Shown: piece after piece, positions 15,763-24,774 of the stretch
Layout of the letters: each line of letters starts with the position of its first letter
How positions within the stretch are numbered: the first letter of the stretch is position 1
IMG/VR virus record: IMGVR_UViG_3300030397_001062
Coordinates: 1-32,089 of that record
Source: a virus
Lineage: Duplodnaviria; Caudoviricetes
Length of the DNA stretch: 32,089 bases
Strand: one strand, 5' to 3'
Notes under the pieces: model-generated
The model's input: only the letters and a program-made list of their open reading frames with translations
What the model was told of the DNA's origin: nothing
Database searches by the model: none
Translations under genes and position numbers: made by a program

Positions 15763-16415
15763 AAAGCAAACGCAAAATCAAAAGCCTCGCATCAAAACTA
15801 CTAGGACTGTCACTGGTCGTGGCCCTGTTTGCCGTGCCGGCCATGGCGGCCGACCCGGTTGAAAAGGAAGACTATCTGGCAGCGTTCACTGACGTCGATG
15901 ACTCGAATGATTGGCTGCCGATGCTTGACCTGAGCACCACTGCCCGGGTGCAACAATGCTATATCGATGCAAACGGAAATCGGGTTTGCACTTCACCGCC
16001 AACAACCGTGCAGGAATTCATCATGGAGGAATACGCTGCACCGGAGCGGCAGCGAAACATTAGACGCGTTTACGCCGTTGCTCCCATGGACGACTGGATT
16101 ACCAGGCATCTGGCCGGCCTGGATGGAACGGACAACCACTCCTATTCGCTTGAGTACCTTGCCACGCTGACAACTTCCCAGAAGTGGGCCATCCATAACC
16201 GGGATCATGCCGGTGCGATGAACAGCAGTTTCGCACCGAACAACTTCACGATGTACAGCAACGGCGGCCATTTCACGACGCTGGGTGGCGGCATGGTTTA
16301 TTCCGGAACCACCGGACGCGTCTACAACCGATTCGGGCGGGCCATTCTGTTCGATGGCCAGGGCTGGTGGCCGCTGAAAGCCCTCGGCCGGTCCCAACCC
16401 ATGTGGAGGCGTTAG
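15759..16415 (+). CDS. Exported hypothetical protein
   Basis: Basic n-region, hydrophobic core, AMA cleavage site; ATGA coupling. Confidence 0.75.
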   Translation: MKSKRKIKSLASKLLGLSLVVALFAVPAMAADPVEKEDYLAAFTDVDDSNDWLPMLDLSTTARVQQCYIDANGNRVCTSPPTTVQEFIMEEYAAPERQRNIRRVYAVAPMDDWITRHLAGLDGTDNHSYSLEYLATLTTSQKWAIHNRDHAGAMNSSFAPNNFTMYSNGGHFTTLGGGMVYSGTTGRVYNRFGRAILFDGQGWWPLKALGRSQPMWRR

Positions 16416-16425
16416 CCAGCGACCG

Positions 16426-16902
16426 ATGCTTGAGCTGTTTAACTGGTTCCCGAATGCCCTTTGCCCGCTGGAATGTCTGACGGGCCATGGACAGGATTCG
16501 CAAGCGGCCTCGTGGACAACGTGGGGGGCGACGCTGACGGTAGGAATCCTGTACTGCATCATTCTTTGGCGATGGTGGATTATCTTCAACAGTTCGCCGA
16601 TGCAGCGGGCCCTGATGGGCATCTTTTTGTTATGCGCCATCTGCGGTTACTGGATGTTCAACCTGTCGTTCTTCAACGCACCCCTGGCCTATTCGATTCG
16701 TTTAATTGGCCTGTTTGGGTTGATCTTTTTCTGCGTCAAGTTCATCCGTTCCACGCTCCACGTGCGGCTGGAGGTTCATCGCGAAATGCAAAGCCTTCAG
16801 CAACTGCAACACCGCGCGATGTCGGTCAAGAATCTCAAAAAGCAGATTCGTCTCCAGGAGGAAATGAGACGCCACAAGGAAGAACTGGAGAGCCTGATTT
16901 GA
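16426..16902 (+). CDS. 3-TM membrane protein
   Basis: Three hydrophobic segments including IFLLCAICGY; C-terminal coiled coil. Confidence 0.65.
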   Translation: MLELFNWFPNALCPLECLTGHGQDSQAASWTTWGATLTVGILYCIILWRWWIIFNSSPMQRALMGIFLLCAICGYWMFNLSFFNAPLAYSIRLIGLFGLIFFCVKFIRSTLHVRLEVHREMQSLQQLQHRAMSVKNLKKQIRLQEEMRRHKEELESLI

Positions 16903-17432
16903 ACCAGATTGAAGGTATCGGTGACTGGATCGGCAAATACGGCCTGCCGATTGTCGTATGCAGTGTATTGATCCTGTTCGGCGTCTACGTGCTGGTAAAG
17001 ATCATTGGACCCGAACTAAAAGCACGAAGCCAGTTGAAGATCAAACGTCAGGAGGCAGAAGAAGAACGAAAGACACGACTTGCCGAGGCGGAACTGGACC
17101 ACCAATTGCAAATGAACAAATTGCAGGAGGAAAACCAGCGGTCATCACTGGAGCTGACCAAGGTGACCAAAAAGGCCGTCGAGGCGATTCAGGTTAGTCA
17201 GCGGCAAACCGTCGACGCGATTCAGCTTAGTCAGCGGCAGATTACCGATCCGCTTCACAGGCTGATCCAGCAACACCGCGACTACCGCGCCGGGTGGCAG
17301 TTCGAAACGGTCACGTTGAAGCGGGCAATCAAGGAAGCTGCCAACTATTTGGAACAAAACGGAACCCTGTCGAAAGAGCAGTCGCAAAAGATACAGGCGA
17401 CACTTGACGAAGGGCTCGATAACACGGAGTAA
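16899..17432 (+). CDS. Single-TM coiled-coil protein
   Basis: TTGA coupling after GGAG; TM YGLPIVVCSVLILFGVYVLV; internal 33-bp duplication at 17178-17240. Confidence 0.7.
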   Translation: MNQIEGIGDWIGKYGLPIVVCSVLILFGVYVLVKIIGPELKARSQLKIKRQEAEEERKTRLAEAELDHQLQMNKLQEENQRSSLELTKVTKKAVEAIQVSQRQTVDAIQLSQRQITDPLHRLIQQHRDYRAGWQFETVTLKRAIKEAANYLEQNGTLSKEQSQKIQATLDEGLDNTE

Positions 17433-17440
17433 AGACCATT

Positions 17441-18769
17441 ATGTTCGGTAACGCATTGAAAGCAATGATTTTTGCGTTGGCAACGGCATGCGCCTTTTCA
17501 TACCACCATCACGACCACGACGATTGTTGCGGTTCAGATCGATGCGGCTGGACGGAAATCACGTTGCAACAGCATCGCGACGATTCGAACGCCGCCGCGA
17601 ACGTGGTTCACAACTATCAGGTGCTGGAGCAAACTGAAAGCGCGGACGTGCTGTATGTGCCCAGTGACACCACACTGATTGCCGCGGGCAAAACGTGGAC
17701 CTATACGGGCAACGAACATTTTGCCGTCATCATGGGCGAACGGTCCCGGATCATGGGTGGCCAGTTCAATGTCGTCGCCTCGCGTAACGGCATTCGCATG
17801 AACGACCAGACAGAAATGGCGGGCGTTTCGGTCATCGGGGATCGGTTCGAAACCAACTCGGTGGTCAAAACGTACGGGGACGCCGTTTTACGACATTGCC
17901 AATTCCTTGGCGGCAAGAATTATGCAGTCGATGTTCAAAAGGGTGAGTGCCTGATCGAGTTCCCGGTATTTCTGGATTACAACCACCACGGGGTATCTTC
18001 ATCGGAAAAGGCCGAAAGCGTTATCGTTCGGTACTTTCGTTTCGCTGGATCCGATAGCGAAGATGGCTCGGCATTCCGTAACGCCTGCAGGAACCTTGTT
18101 GCAGAACATGGTGTTGTCAGTGGCGCAGCCCTGTTGAAACAAACGGGGCCAGAGGCCAGTTCGGTTTTCACCAACGTCACATCCCGCACCACGCGCCGTA
18201 CGCCATCGATTACGTGTGGTGGCAAATCCACTACGTTTCTCAATTGCGACATTCAGGGAGGCGTCTGGGCTCATGCCGGCGACGTTAAATTCATCGAAAC
18301 GAAGTTTGACGGCGAGACCGGAATCATCTACTTGCGTGACAAGCTGGTCAGCATGTTATTCGATCGGGCGGACTTCGGAGACCGCGCCGAGTGGGCGCTG
18401 CAAAACCACAAAACAAAAACAACTGATATTGAAGTGGTGATCAAGGACAGCCGCAACATCCCGACGCAGATTTTCCGCCGCGAATGGCCTGACGTTAACT
18501 ACAAGTTGCTGGGCGTTAATCACTTTGCCGACGGAACCGTTAAGGTCGAGATTCCTGGAATCGGCTTGCCGTTGACGAACGATTCATCAGCCATGGCCGC
18601 GTCTGGTCAACCGCTTCAATCTGTGATGGTCAAGCAGTGGTCGTTCGGTCCGTCTTTCGATCCGGAAACGATTCAACAGTTCGCCGAGTCGAGGGGACTG
18701 AACGTTAAGGCGATTGAACCGCATCCCGGTTACCCGGGCGATTGGTTGATGCACTATACGGATGATTAA
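17441..18769 (+). CDS. Exported protein, probable right-handed beta-helix (pectin-lyase-like)
   Basis: Signal-like N-terminus, HHHDHDDCC segment, then repeated short beta strands with G/N turns. Confidence 0.55.
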   Translation: MFGNALKAMIFALATACAFSYHHHDHDDCCGSDRCGWTEITLQQHRDDSNAAANVVHNYQVLEQTESADVLYVPSDTTLIAAGKTWTYTGNEHFAVIMGERSRIMGGQFNVVASRNGIRMNDQTEMAGVSVIGDRFETNSVVKTYGDAVLRHCQFLGGKNYAVDVQKGECLIEFPVFLDYNHHGVSSSEKAESVIVRYFRFAGSDSEDGSAFRNACRNLVAEHGVVSGAALLKQTGPEASSVFTNVTSRTTRRTPSITCGGKSTTFLNCDIQGGVWAHAGDVKFIETKFDGETGIIYLRDKLVSMLFDRADFGDRAEWALQNHKTKTTDIEVVIKDSRNIPTQIFRREWPDVNYKLLGVNHFADGTVKVEIPGIGLPLTNDSSAMAASGQPLQSVMVKQWSFGPSFDPETIQQFAESRGLNVKAIEPHPGYPGDWLMHYTDD

Positions 18770-18772
18770 AAC

Positions 18773-19426
18773 ATGCCGTGGGCTCTTGGGTTTGACGGCG
18801 CCTCAGACGATGTCAACTGCGGTGCCGATTCCAGTATTGACGACATCTTCTTCGAAACCGGGGGAGGCCGGATTGATGCGTGGATAACGCCCTACAGCGA
18901 CGGTGAAAACGACAATGGTGTCATTGCGTTCAAGTCAAATTGGTTTTTTCGCGTCCAATCGGAATCCAGTGGCAAGGTCGAACTGGAGTTTTGGCATTTC
19001 CGGGCCAGTAACCGAATGCGTTTCAGGACGACAAACGCCGTCGTGCCGATTGATACGCTGTCGCTGGTTTCAGCAACCTACGATGCCAACTCGCCGGGGA
19101 CCGTCGGCAAACTGTATCTGAACAATGTCGAGCAAACCGTCACGACAGTTACAACCGGATCGGGAGCGGCGGAAAGCGATGTTGGCGAAGATCTGATTTT
19201 CGGAAACAACGCAGCGCTATCGCGATGCTTCGATGGTTTGATTCACGAAATTGACATTGGTGTCGAACAGTGGCTGATTGACGAGGGCACCGGGACGACA
19301 ACCGCCGCCGAGGTTGAAAGCCCGGCTAACGATGGATCGATCACCGGTGCGGTTTGGGTCAATACCACCGTGCCAAGGGGAGCCGCCAGATTAGTGCAAA
19401 GGGGTCCATTCGGTGCCTTCCATTAG
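18773..19426 (+). CDS. LamG/concanavalin-like domain protein
   Basis: ALGFDGASDDV, IDAWI, VSATYD, KLYLNN, FDGLIHEI, DEGTGTT, NDGSITGAVW. Confidence 0.85.
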   Translation: MPWALGFDGASDDVNCGADSSIDDIFFETGGGRIDAWITPYSDGENDNGVIAFKSNWFFRVQSESSGKVELEFWHFRASNRMRFRTTNAVVPIDTLSLVSATYDANSPGTVGKLYLNNVEQTVTTVTTGSGAAESDVGEDLIFGNNAALSRCFDGLIHEIDIGVEQWLIDEGTGTTTAAEVESPANDGSITGAVWVNTTVPRGAARLVQRGPFGAFH

Positions 19427-19715
19427 CTACGACACAAGTTACCAAACCGTCAGGGTGTTCCACCCCATGACTCCGATGATCCCGACAGTCGTTGATATCC
19501 CATTGGTGACTGGATGGGAAATATCGGTTGGTGTATTGCCACTGGGAATTGTGATTGACGCCTTGACGGGGATCATCGCAGGAATCCCTCGCGTTATCGA
19601 ACAACAGGAAGTTGTCGTAAAAGCCTCATACGGGCTTTCCGACTATGAGGAATTTTCCATGACCATCGACGTATCCGATAAACCCACTTCAGGCGGGGCT
19701 CAATTCAATGGCTGA
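19413..19715 (+). CDS. Putative Ig (He_PIG-like) domain protein
   Basis: LPLGIVIDALTGIIAGIP motif. Confidence 0.65.
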   Translation: MPSISYDTSYQTVRVFHPMTPMIPTVVDIPLVTGWEISVGVLPLGIVIDALTGIIAGIPRVIEQQEVVVKASYGLSDYEEFSMTIDVSDKPTSGGAQFNG

Positions 19716-21588
19716 AGAACTTCTATGCAAGAAAAACACAGCGTACACCTATGAAATCGGGTTAGTCGACACTTCAGACACCAACAGCTTCAAGCCGTCT
19801 CCGACGATTGCCGCTGGTGATTTCAAGATCTCCAAAGATGGTGGGGCCGAGGCCAACCTTGCAACCCTGCCGACCGTTTCAAATTCCACGGTCACAATCG
19901 CCTTGTCGGCAGATGAAACCAATTGCGACCGATTCACGATCACCGGTATCGATCAAACGGCAACCAAGGAATGGGGTGACTACAAACAGCACTTCAAAAC
20001 CGCGACCAGGCGACTGGACGAATACGCCACACAAGCCTCCGTTGACACGATCGACGGAATCGCTGACGACATCAAAGCCGTCACCGAAAACCTGCCCAAT
20101 TCCGGTTCACTGACTGATTTGGCAACACTGGTATCGAGAGTCACCGAACCGCGGGCAGGGTACTGGGACAACCTGAATGTTGGTGGCAATGTCGCATCAC
20201 AGGCCGATGTCCAGGGCATCCTGCAAAACATCCGGGTAGCAGTCAGTGTCCCGCCCCAAATGGAACGACCGGATTCGGGCAGCACGACCTACCGGATCTG
20301 GATCTACGCTTACAATGAACAGCACCTCAATGAAGACCTGGATGAATTCCCGACCGTCACCGCCGAGGATGGACAGGGCAACGATCGATCAGGCAATCTC
20401 GGGTCCGTCGTAAAACCACTTGGAACATCGGGCCAGTATTACGTCGATTACACCGTTTCGGATTCACATGAAATCGATTCGCTGGTGATTAAGGTCAGCG
20501 CGGTTGAAGATACGGTTTCATCGACCTATATCGCCGGGTCTCACATCGTCGACACCACCGCCGTTGACTTCTCCGCCGCCGATCGTGCCAAGCTGGATAC
20601 GCTTCACGATACGAGACTGACAGGACCCCGAGCCGACAAACTGGACTCGTTGACATTCACGACGCCCAATCGTATCAACGCCCAGGTATACGGTCTGGAG
20701 GGCTCGGTGATTCAGGAAGGATCTTTTGCCAATGGTGCGATCACCGACCTGGCGATTGCCCCCAACGCCGTCACGTCAGAAAAAATCGAAAACGGAGCGT
20801 TGAACGGAAAAGGCGACTGGTTGCTGGCATCGGTATGGAACACGGTCATGGCCGGCATTACCTCGTTGGCTCAGTGGCTGGGATTATTGGGCGCGAAACA
20901 CACCGGCAATACCACCGCGCGAAACGAGATCAACGCGACCGGCGCTGGATCCGGAACCTACGACGAGACCAACCATTCACTCGAAGCGCAAGCCGATTCC
21001 GGCGGCGGCGGAACGGGAACAGGCGCGCGGACTGTCACACCAACGGTCACCAACGGAACCGATCCGCTGCAAAACGCCACGATTCGCTACACCGAACAAG
21101 GCGCGCCAGCAAATACCTGGTCAAGCCAGACGGACGTCAACGGACAGGTCGTATCCTTCAACCTCGACGATGCGACCTACGATGTCGCAATCACCAAGGG
21201 TGGTCACACGTTCGCCGGCACCACACTGGTTGTTGATGGCGACAAGACTCCCCCTCCGTACGTGATGACGCCGATCGCTATCGCACCATCAGGTGTTCCA
21301 GGAACGGTCACGGCATTCCTGGCCACCGTCAACGAATCAGGTCCAGTGGCAGATCAATTGGTCAAAGCCACTTTGGTTAAGCCACCGCCTGGCGATGGCA
21401 ATGCCTTTCTGCAAACCGAAGCATCCGGTCGAACCGATGGCAGTGGCTTGTTTTTGTTCCTCGCGTTCGAGAATGCCACCTACGAAATCACGATCGGGGA
21501 CAAGACGGTTTGCGTCGAGATCCCTGAAGGAGCCGCCGATCCGTTTGAAATCACGCCGGGGTTTCTGGTGTGTACTCGTTCCTGTTAG
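19708..21588 (+). CDS. Large T/G/A/S-rich probable virion structural protein
   Basis: Beta-rich N-terminus (FKISKDGG...NLATLP), AITDLAIAPNAVTSEKI repeats, carboxypeptidase-regulatory-like C-terminal domains (TDVNG, TDGSG). Confidence 0.65.
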   Translation: MAEELLCKKNTAYTYEIGLVDTSDTNSFKPSPTIAAGDFKISKDGGAEANLATLPTVSNSTVTIALSADETNCDRFTITGIDQTATKEWGDYKQHFKTATRRLDEYATQASVDTIDGIADDIKAVTENLPNSGSLTDLATLVSRVTEPRAGYWDNLNVGGNVASQADVQGILQNIRVAVSVPPQMERPDSGSTTYRIWIYAYNEQHLNEDLDEFPTVTAEDGQGNDRSGNLGSVVKPLGTSGQYYVDYTVSDSHEIDSLVIKVSAVEDTVSSTYIAGSHIVDTTAVDFSAADRAKLDTLHDTRLTGPRADKLDSLTFTTPNRINAQVYGLEGSVIQEGSFANGAITDLAIAPNAVTSEKIENGALNGKGDWLLASVWNTVMAGITSLAQWLGLLGAKHTGNTTARNEINATGAGSGTYDETNHSLEAQADSGGGGTGTGARTVTPTVTNGTDPLQNATIRYTEQGAPANTWSSQTDVNGQVVSFNLDDATYDVAITKGGHTFAGTTLVVDGDKTPPPYVMTPIAIAPSGVPGTVTAFLATVNESGPVADQLVKATLVKPPPGDGNAFLQTEASGRTDGSGLFLFLAFENATYEITIGDKTVCVEIPEGAADPFEITPGFLVCTRSC

Positions 21589-21643
21589 TTGGGTAAGGGG
21601 ACGCCACATCCCTGAACCGTCCCGAAAACCTGAATGATTCAAG

Positions 21644-22234
21644 ATGGCTCGTTACAAGTTTTGTCCGGATTGCAACAAGCGACTGGACATGGAAAAACAC
21701 CCGCAAATGTTTTGCGATAATTGTCGCAAGGCATACGGCCGCGCGAAGACGAAACGACGCAAGACCAGTCAGCGAGCGATCGCGACCGATGCGTTCAAGG
21801 ATGATTTACGCTGGAAGCCGCTGCGGCAGATCGTGTTATTGCGTGACCAGTTCAGTTGTCAAACGCATTATCGCTGTGGCGTTGTTGTCGCGCACCAAAG
21901 CAATCCGGTCGACCATATTGTTCCGCGTGACGTGATGCCGGAATTGACATGGGAGGCCGACAATTGCGAAACGCTGTGTCCATCATGTCACAACCGCAAA
22001 ACTTACTGGGAAGGGCAGGGCTTCGTGATCAACTGGCGCTTTGCCGAAGGACGCTGGGTCGTGTTCGGTGGCAGCCAGCGTAGCCTCGTCGCCTTTTCCA
22101 AACGAACGCAAACGGAAACCATGGAAGTGATGCGTAGCGTAACCGATCGATTTTGTCTCGTTGTCGACGATCGCGAAACGGCATTTGCCACCGCTCGCGA
22201 TTTGCAGGCACGACCGTTTGAACTTTTGAGGTAA
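21644..22234 (+). CDS. Packaging-associated HNH endonuclease
   Basis: WKPLR..VLLRDQFSCQ...VDHIVP...NCETLCPSCHNRKT; immediately upstream of TerS. Confidence 0.9.
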   Translation: MARYKFCPDCNKRLDMEKHPQMFCDNCRKAYGRAKTKRRKTSQRAIATDAFKDDLRWKPLRQIVLLRDQFSCQTHYRCGVVVAHQSNPVDHIVPRDVMPELTWEADNCETLCPSCHNRKTYWEGQGFVINWRFAEGRWVVFGGSQRSLVAFSKRTQTETMEVMRSVTDRFCLVVDDRETAFATARDLQARPFELLR

Positions 22235-22240
22235 CGAACG

Positions 22241-22741
22241 TTGAGTAGAAAAACCGGCAGACCGAGAAAACCAACCACCCTGAAGATAGCCGAGGGCACG
22301 CATCGCAAGGACCGCGACGGAGATCCGGAAAAGGAAGTCAAGGGCCGCAAGTTACAACGCAACTCCAAACCACCGTTCAAACTGAACCGCAACGAGCTGG
22401 CGATTTGGAAACGTGTACTGGATGTACTTTGCGCGAAAGGGCTGGCCACCGATCTGGATCGAGAGCCGATTGCGCGATACTGCCAGCACTCGTGGGAGGC
22501 GCGACTGATCCGTAACGAGATCCAGAAGAAAGGCCGGCTGATTCGCGGACGCGACAAGGGCCAATGGAAGGCCAACCCGTTATTCACCGTGCTGCGACAA
22601 ATTGAGCGAAACCTGATGTGGTTTGAATCGCGGTTCGGCATGACACCGACCGACCGGGCCGGCCTGAACATTGAAAACCTCAACATTTCCGAGAAGGCCG
22701 AGGATGGCGTGGCCAGCCGCAAACGTAAACAAGGTTCCTAG
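22241..22741 (+). CDS. terS: Terminase small subunit, P27 family
   Basis: GRPRKPTTLKIAEG, YC, ANP, FGMTPTDRA motifs. Confidence 0.92.
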   Translation: MSRKTGRPRKPTTLKIAEGTHRKDRDGDPEKEVKGRKLQRNSKPPFKLNRNELAIWKRVLDVLCAKGLATDLDREPIARYCQHSWEARLIRNEIQKKGRLIRGRDKGQWKANPLFTVLRQIERNLMWFESRFGMTPTDRAGLNIENLNISEKAEDGVASRKRKQGS

Positions 22742-22745
22742 TTTT

Positions 22746-22754
22746 TGCTATAGT
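22746..22754 (+). promoter_or_regulatory. Putative extended -10 promoter
   Basis: TGCTATAGT immediately after the terS stop; -35 weak. Confidence 0.4.
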
Positions 22755-22797
22755 TTGACTTAAACCAAATTCGACCATCACGTCGCACAAGACACAC

Positions 22798-22845
22798 AAG
22801 GTCACTGACCAGATCCCGTGCAGGATCCGGCAGTGGCCTTTTTTT
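22798..22845 (+). terminator. Intrinsic terminator-like hairpin between terS and terL
   Basis: AAGGTCACTG/CAGTGGCCTT stem plus inner GATCC/GGATC, ending in T7. Confidence 0.75.
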
Positions 22846-22869
22846 GTTGGACCTTCATCACGGACAAGC

Positions 22870-24753
22870 ATGGCCAAACGTGGCGACAAGTTGACGCGAC
22901 GCATGATCCGCACGGAATCTGACCGTGAGGCGATTCGCCAGGGCGCGCGGTTCAATCCCGAGACGGCCATGTACGCGGTGTGGTGGATTGAGCGTCACTG
23001 TCGGCTGTACGAGGGCACCAACGATCCGCTGGTCCTGATGTCGACGGCCGACCAGACCATGGACACGTGGGGATTCCACGAGATCGACCATTTCGATTGG
23101 GACGACAAGGAATTCCGCAAGCTCTGCATGGAACGGCTGGAGGCTCATCTGGCAGCCGTCGAGGATCCCGACCAGCACGTTGACTGGCAATTTGAATTTG
23201 TCATCCAGGTATTTGGCTGGCAAATGTACAGCGAACATTTCAAACGCTGGATTCGCCGTTTTCGCCAGTTCAATGTCTGGATCTCCAAGAAGAACAAGAA
23301 GTCACCCACGATGGCGGCCATTTCCATGTACCTGTCGCTGGGCGACGGAGAACCGGGCGCCAAGACATTCCTGCTGTCAAAGACCGGTGTTCAGGTTCGC
23401 AAGAATGCCTGCCGGCACGTCCAGCAAATGTGGGAGCGATCGCCGCTGATCTATGCCGAGTCAAAGTTCAATCAGAACGAAATGACCTTGCTGCACGTTC
23501 CCACGACCAGCTACATCGAGCCGCTGTCCAGTGACAACAAAAAACGCCGCGAATCCAACGAAGGGTTGAACGGCAACACGATGGTCGACGAGACCCACGT
23601 CGTTGACGAAGAAACAGTCGCGATCGTCAATCGCGCCGGAATCAGTCGCAGCGAACCGCTGCATGGTGAATTCAGTACGGCCGGCAAGAACATTGCGGGT
23701 TACGGTGGCAAGCGATTTACGTTGTGCGAAAAGATCGTCGCCGGCACCGAGATCAGCATCAAGCACTACGTCTACATTGCCGCCGCGCCGCAAGACACCA
23801 AACCGGAATCGTTGCGTGATCGCAAAACACTGATTCGCCTGGCAAAGATGGCCAACCCGGCACTCGGTCACACGGTGGATCTGAACGAGCTGATCGAGGA
23901 CTATCTGGAATCACGCCGCACGCCCAAGCAGCTGCGTGAGTTCATGATGTACCGCCTGAACATCTGGCAACAGGAAGGCACGCCCTACATTCGATTGTCG
24001 GACTGGTCGAAATGTGCGGATCCGTCAATCCGCTTTGAAGATTTTCATGGCGAAGACTGTCACTGTGCCTACGACCTTTCCGAAAACACCGACCTTGCCT
24101 CATGGTGTTGGGCCTTCGAACGTGCCGGCATGCACTATTTCTTCTGGGACCACTGGTTGCCGCGGCCGACGGCCGTGGAGTGGCTGGAGCAATTCGATTA
24201 CCTGGGCATGGAACAAAAGAAATGGATTCATTTGTTGCCCGGCCGCGTGCTGGATGAAGAACGCATGTTCCAGGACGTCAAGGCGCGAGCCGAAAACGTA
24301 CGCATCCGTTCCATCGGTTACGACCCGGCCAAATCGAAGTACTTCAACAAGTTGCTGGAGGACGAAGGCTACGACCTGTACCTGTTTCGGCAGAACAACC
24401 GCGAATACAACCCGCACGTCGAAAGACTGCAAACGATGGTGATCGGAAAGACGATCCCGGTTTTCGATGATGATGGCAATGTCACCGACACCGAAATCGA
24501 TCCGGAATCGCAACCGACCCTGATTCACGAAGACAACGAACTCGTCAACTGGATGATCGGTCATTGCCAGATTGACGAAGATCGATATCAGTACAAGCGT
24601 CCCGTTAAACCGGCGCGCGGTGATTACCGCAAAATCGACGGGGTGCAGACGGCCGTCATGGCAGTCCGCGGACTGACCGAACATTTAGGCGAAGAGGAAG
24701 AACCGGAATCCGCCTATCTGGATCGCGACGCACCGTGGCTGAAAGTCTGGTAA
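22870..24753 (+). CDS. terL: Terminase large subunit
   Basis: WQ motif, RRFR...KKNKKS Walker A, VDETH Walker B, STAG, ANPALG, nuclease YDLS..D, YDP, KIDG. Confidence 0.93.
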   Translation: MAKRGDKLTRRMIRTESDREAIRQGARFNPETAMYAVWWIERHCRLYEGTNDPLVLMSTADQTMDTWGFHEIDHFDWDDKEFRKLCMERLEAHLAAVEDPDQHVDWQFEFVIQVFGWQMYSEHFKRWIRRFRQFNVWISKKNKKSPTMAAISMYLSLGDGEPGAKTFLLSKTGVQVRKNACRHVQQMWERSPLIYAESKFNQNEMTLLHVPTTSYIEPLSSDNKKRRESNEGLNGNTMVDETHVVDEETVAIVNRAGISRSEPLHGEFSTAGKNIAGYGGKRFTLCEKIVAGTEISIKHYVYIAAAPQDTKPESLRDRKTLIRLAKMANPALGHTVDLNELIEDYLESRRTPKQLREFMMYRLNIWQQEGTPYIRLSDWSKCADPSIRFEDFHGEDCHCAYDLSENTDLASWCWAFERAGMHYFFWDHWLPRPTAVEWLEQFDYLGMEQKKWIHLLPGRVLDEERMFQDVKARAENVRIRSIGYDPAKSKYFNKLLEDEGYDLYLFRQNNREYNPHVERLQTMVIGKTIPVFDDDGNVTDTEIDPESQPTLIHEDNELVNWMIGHCQIDEDRYQYKRPVKPARGDYRKIDGVQTAVMAVRGLTEHLGEEEEPESAYLDRDAPWLKVW

Positions 24754-24774
24754 CACCAAGTCGAAGGAACGATC

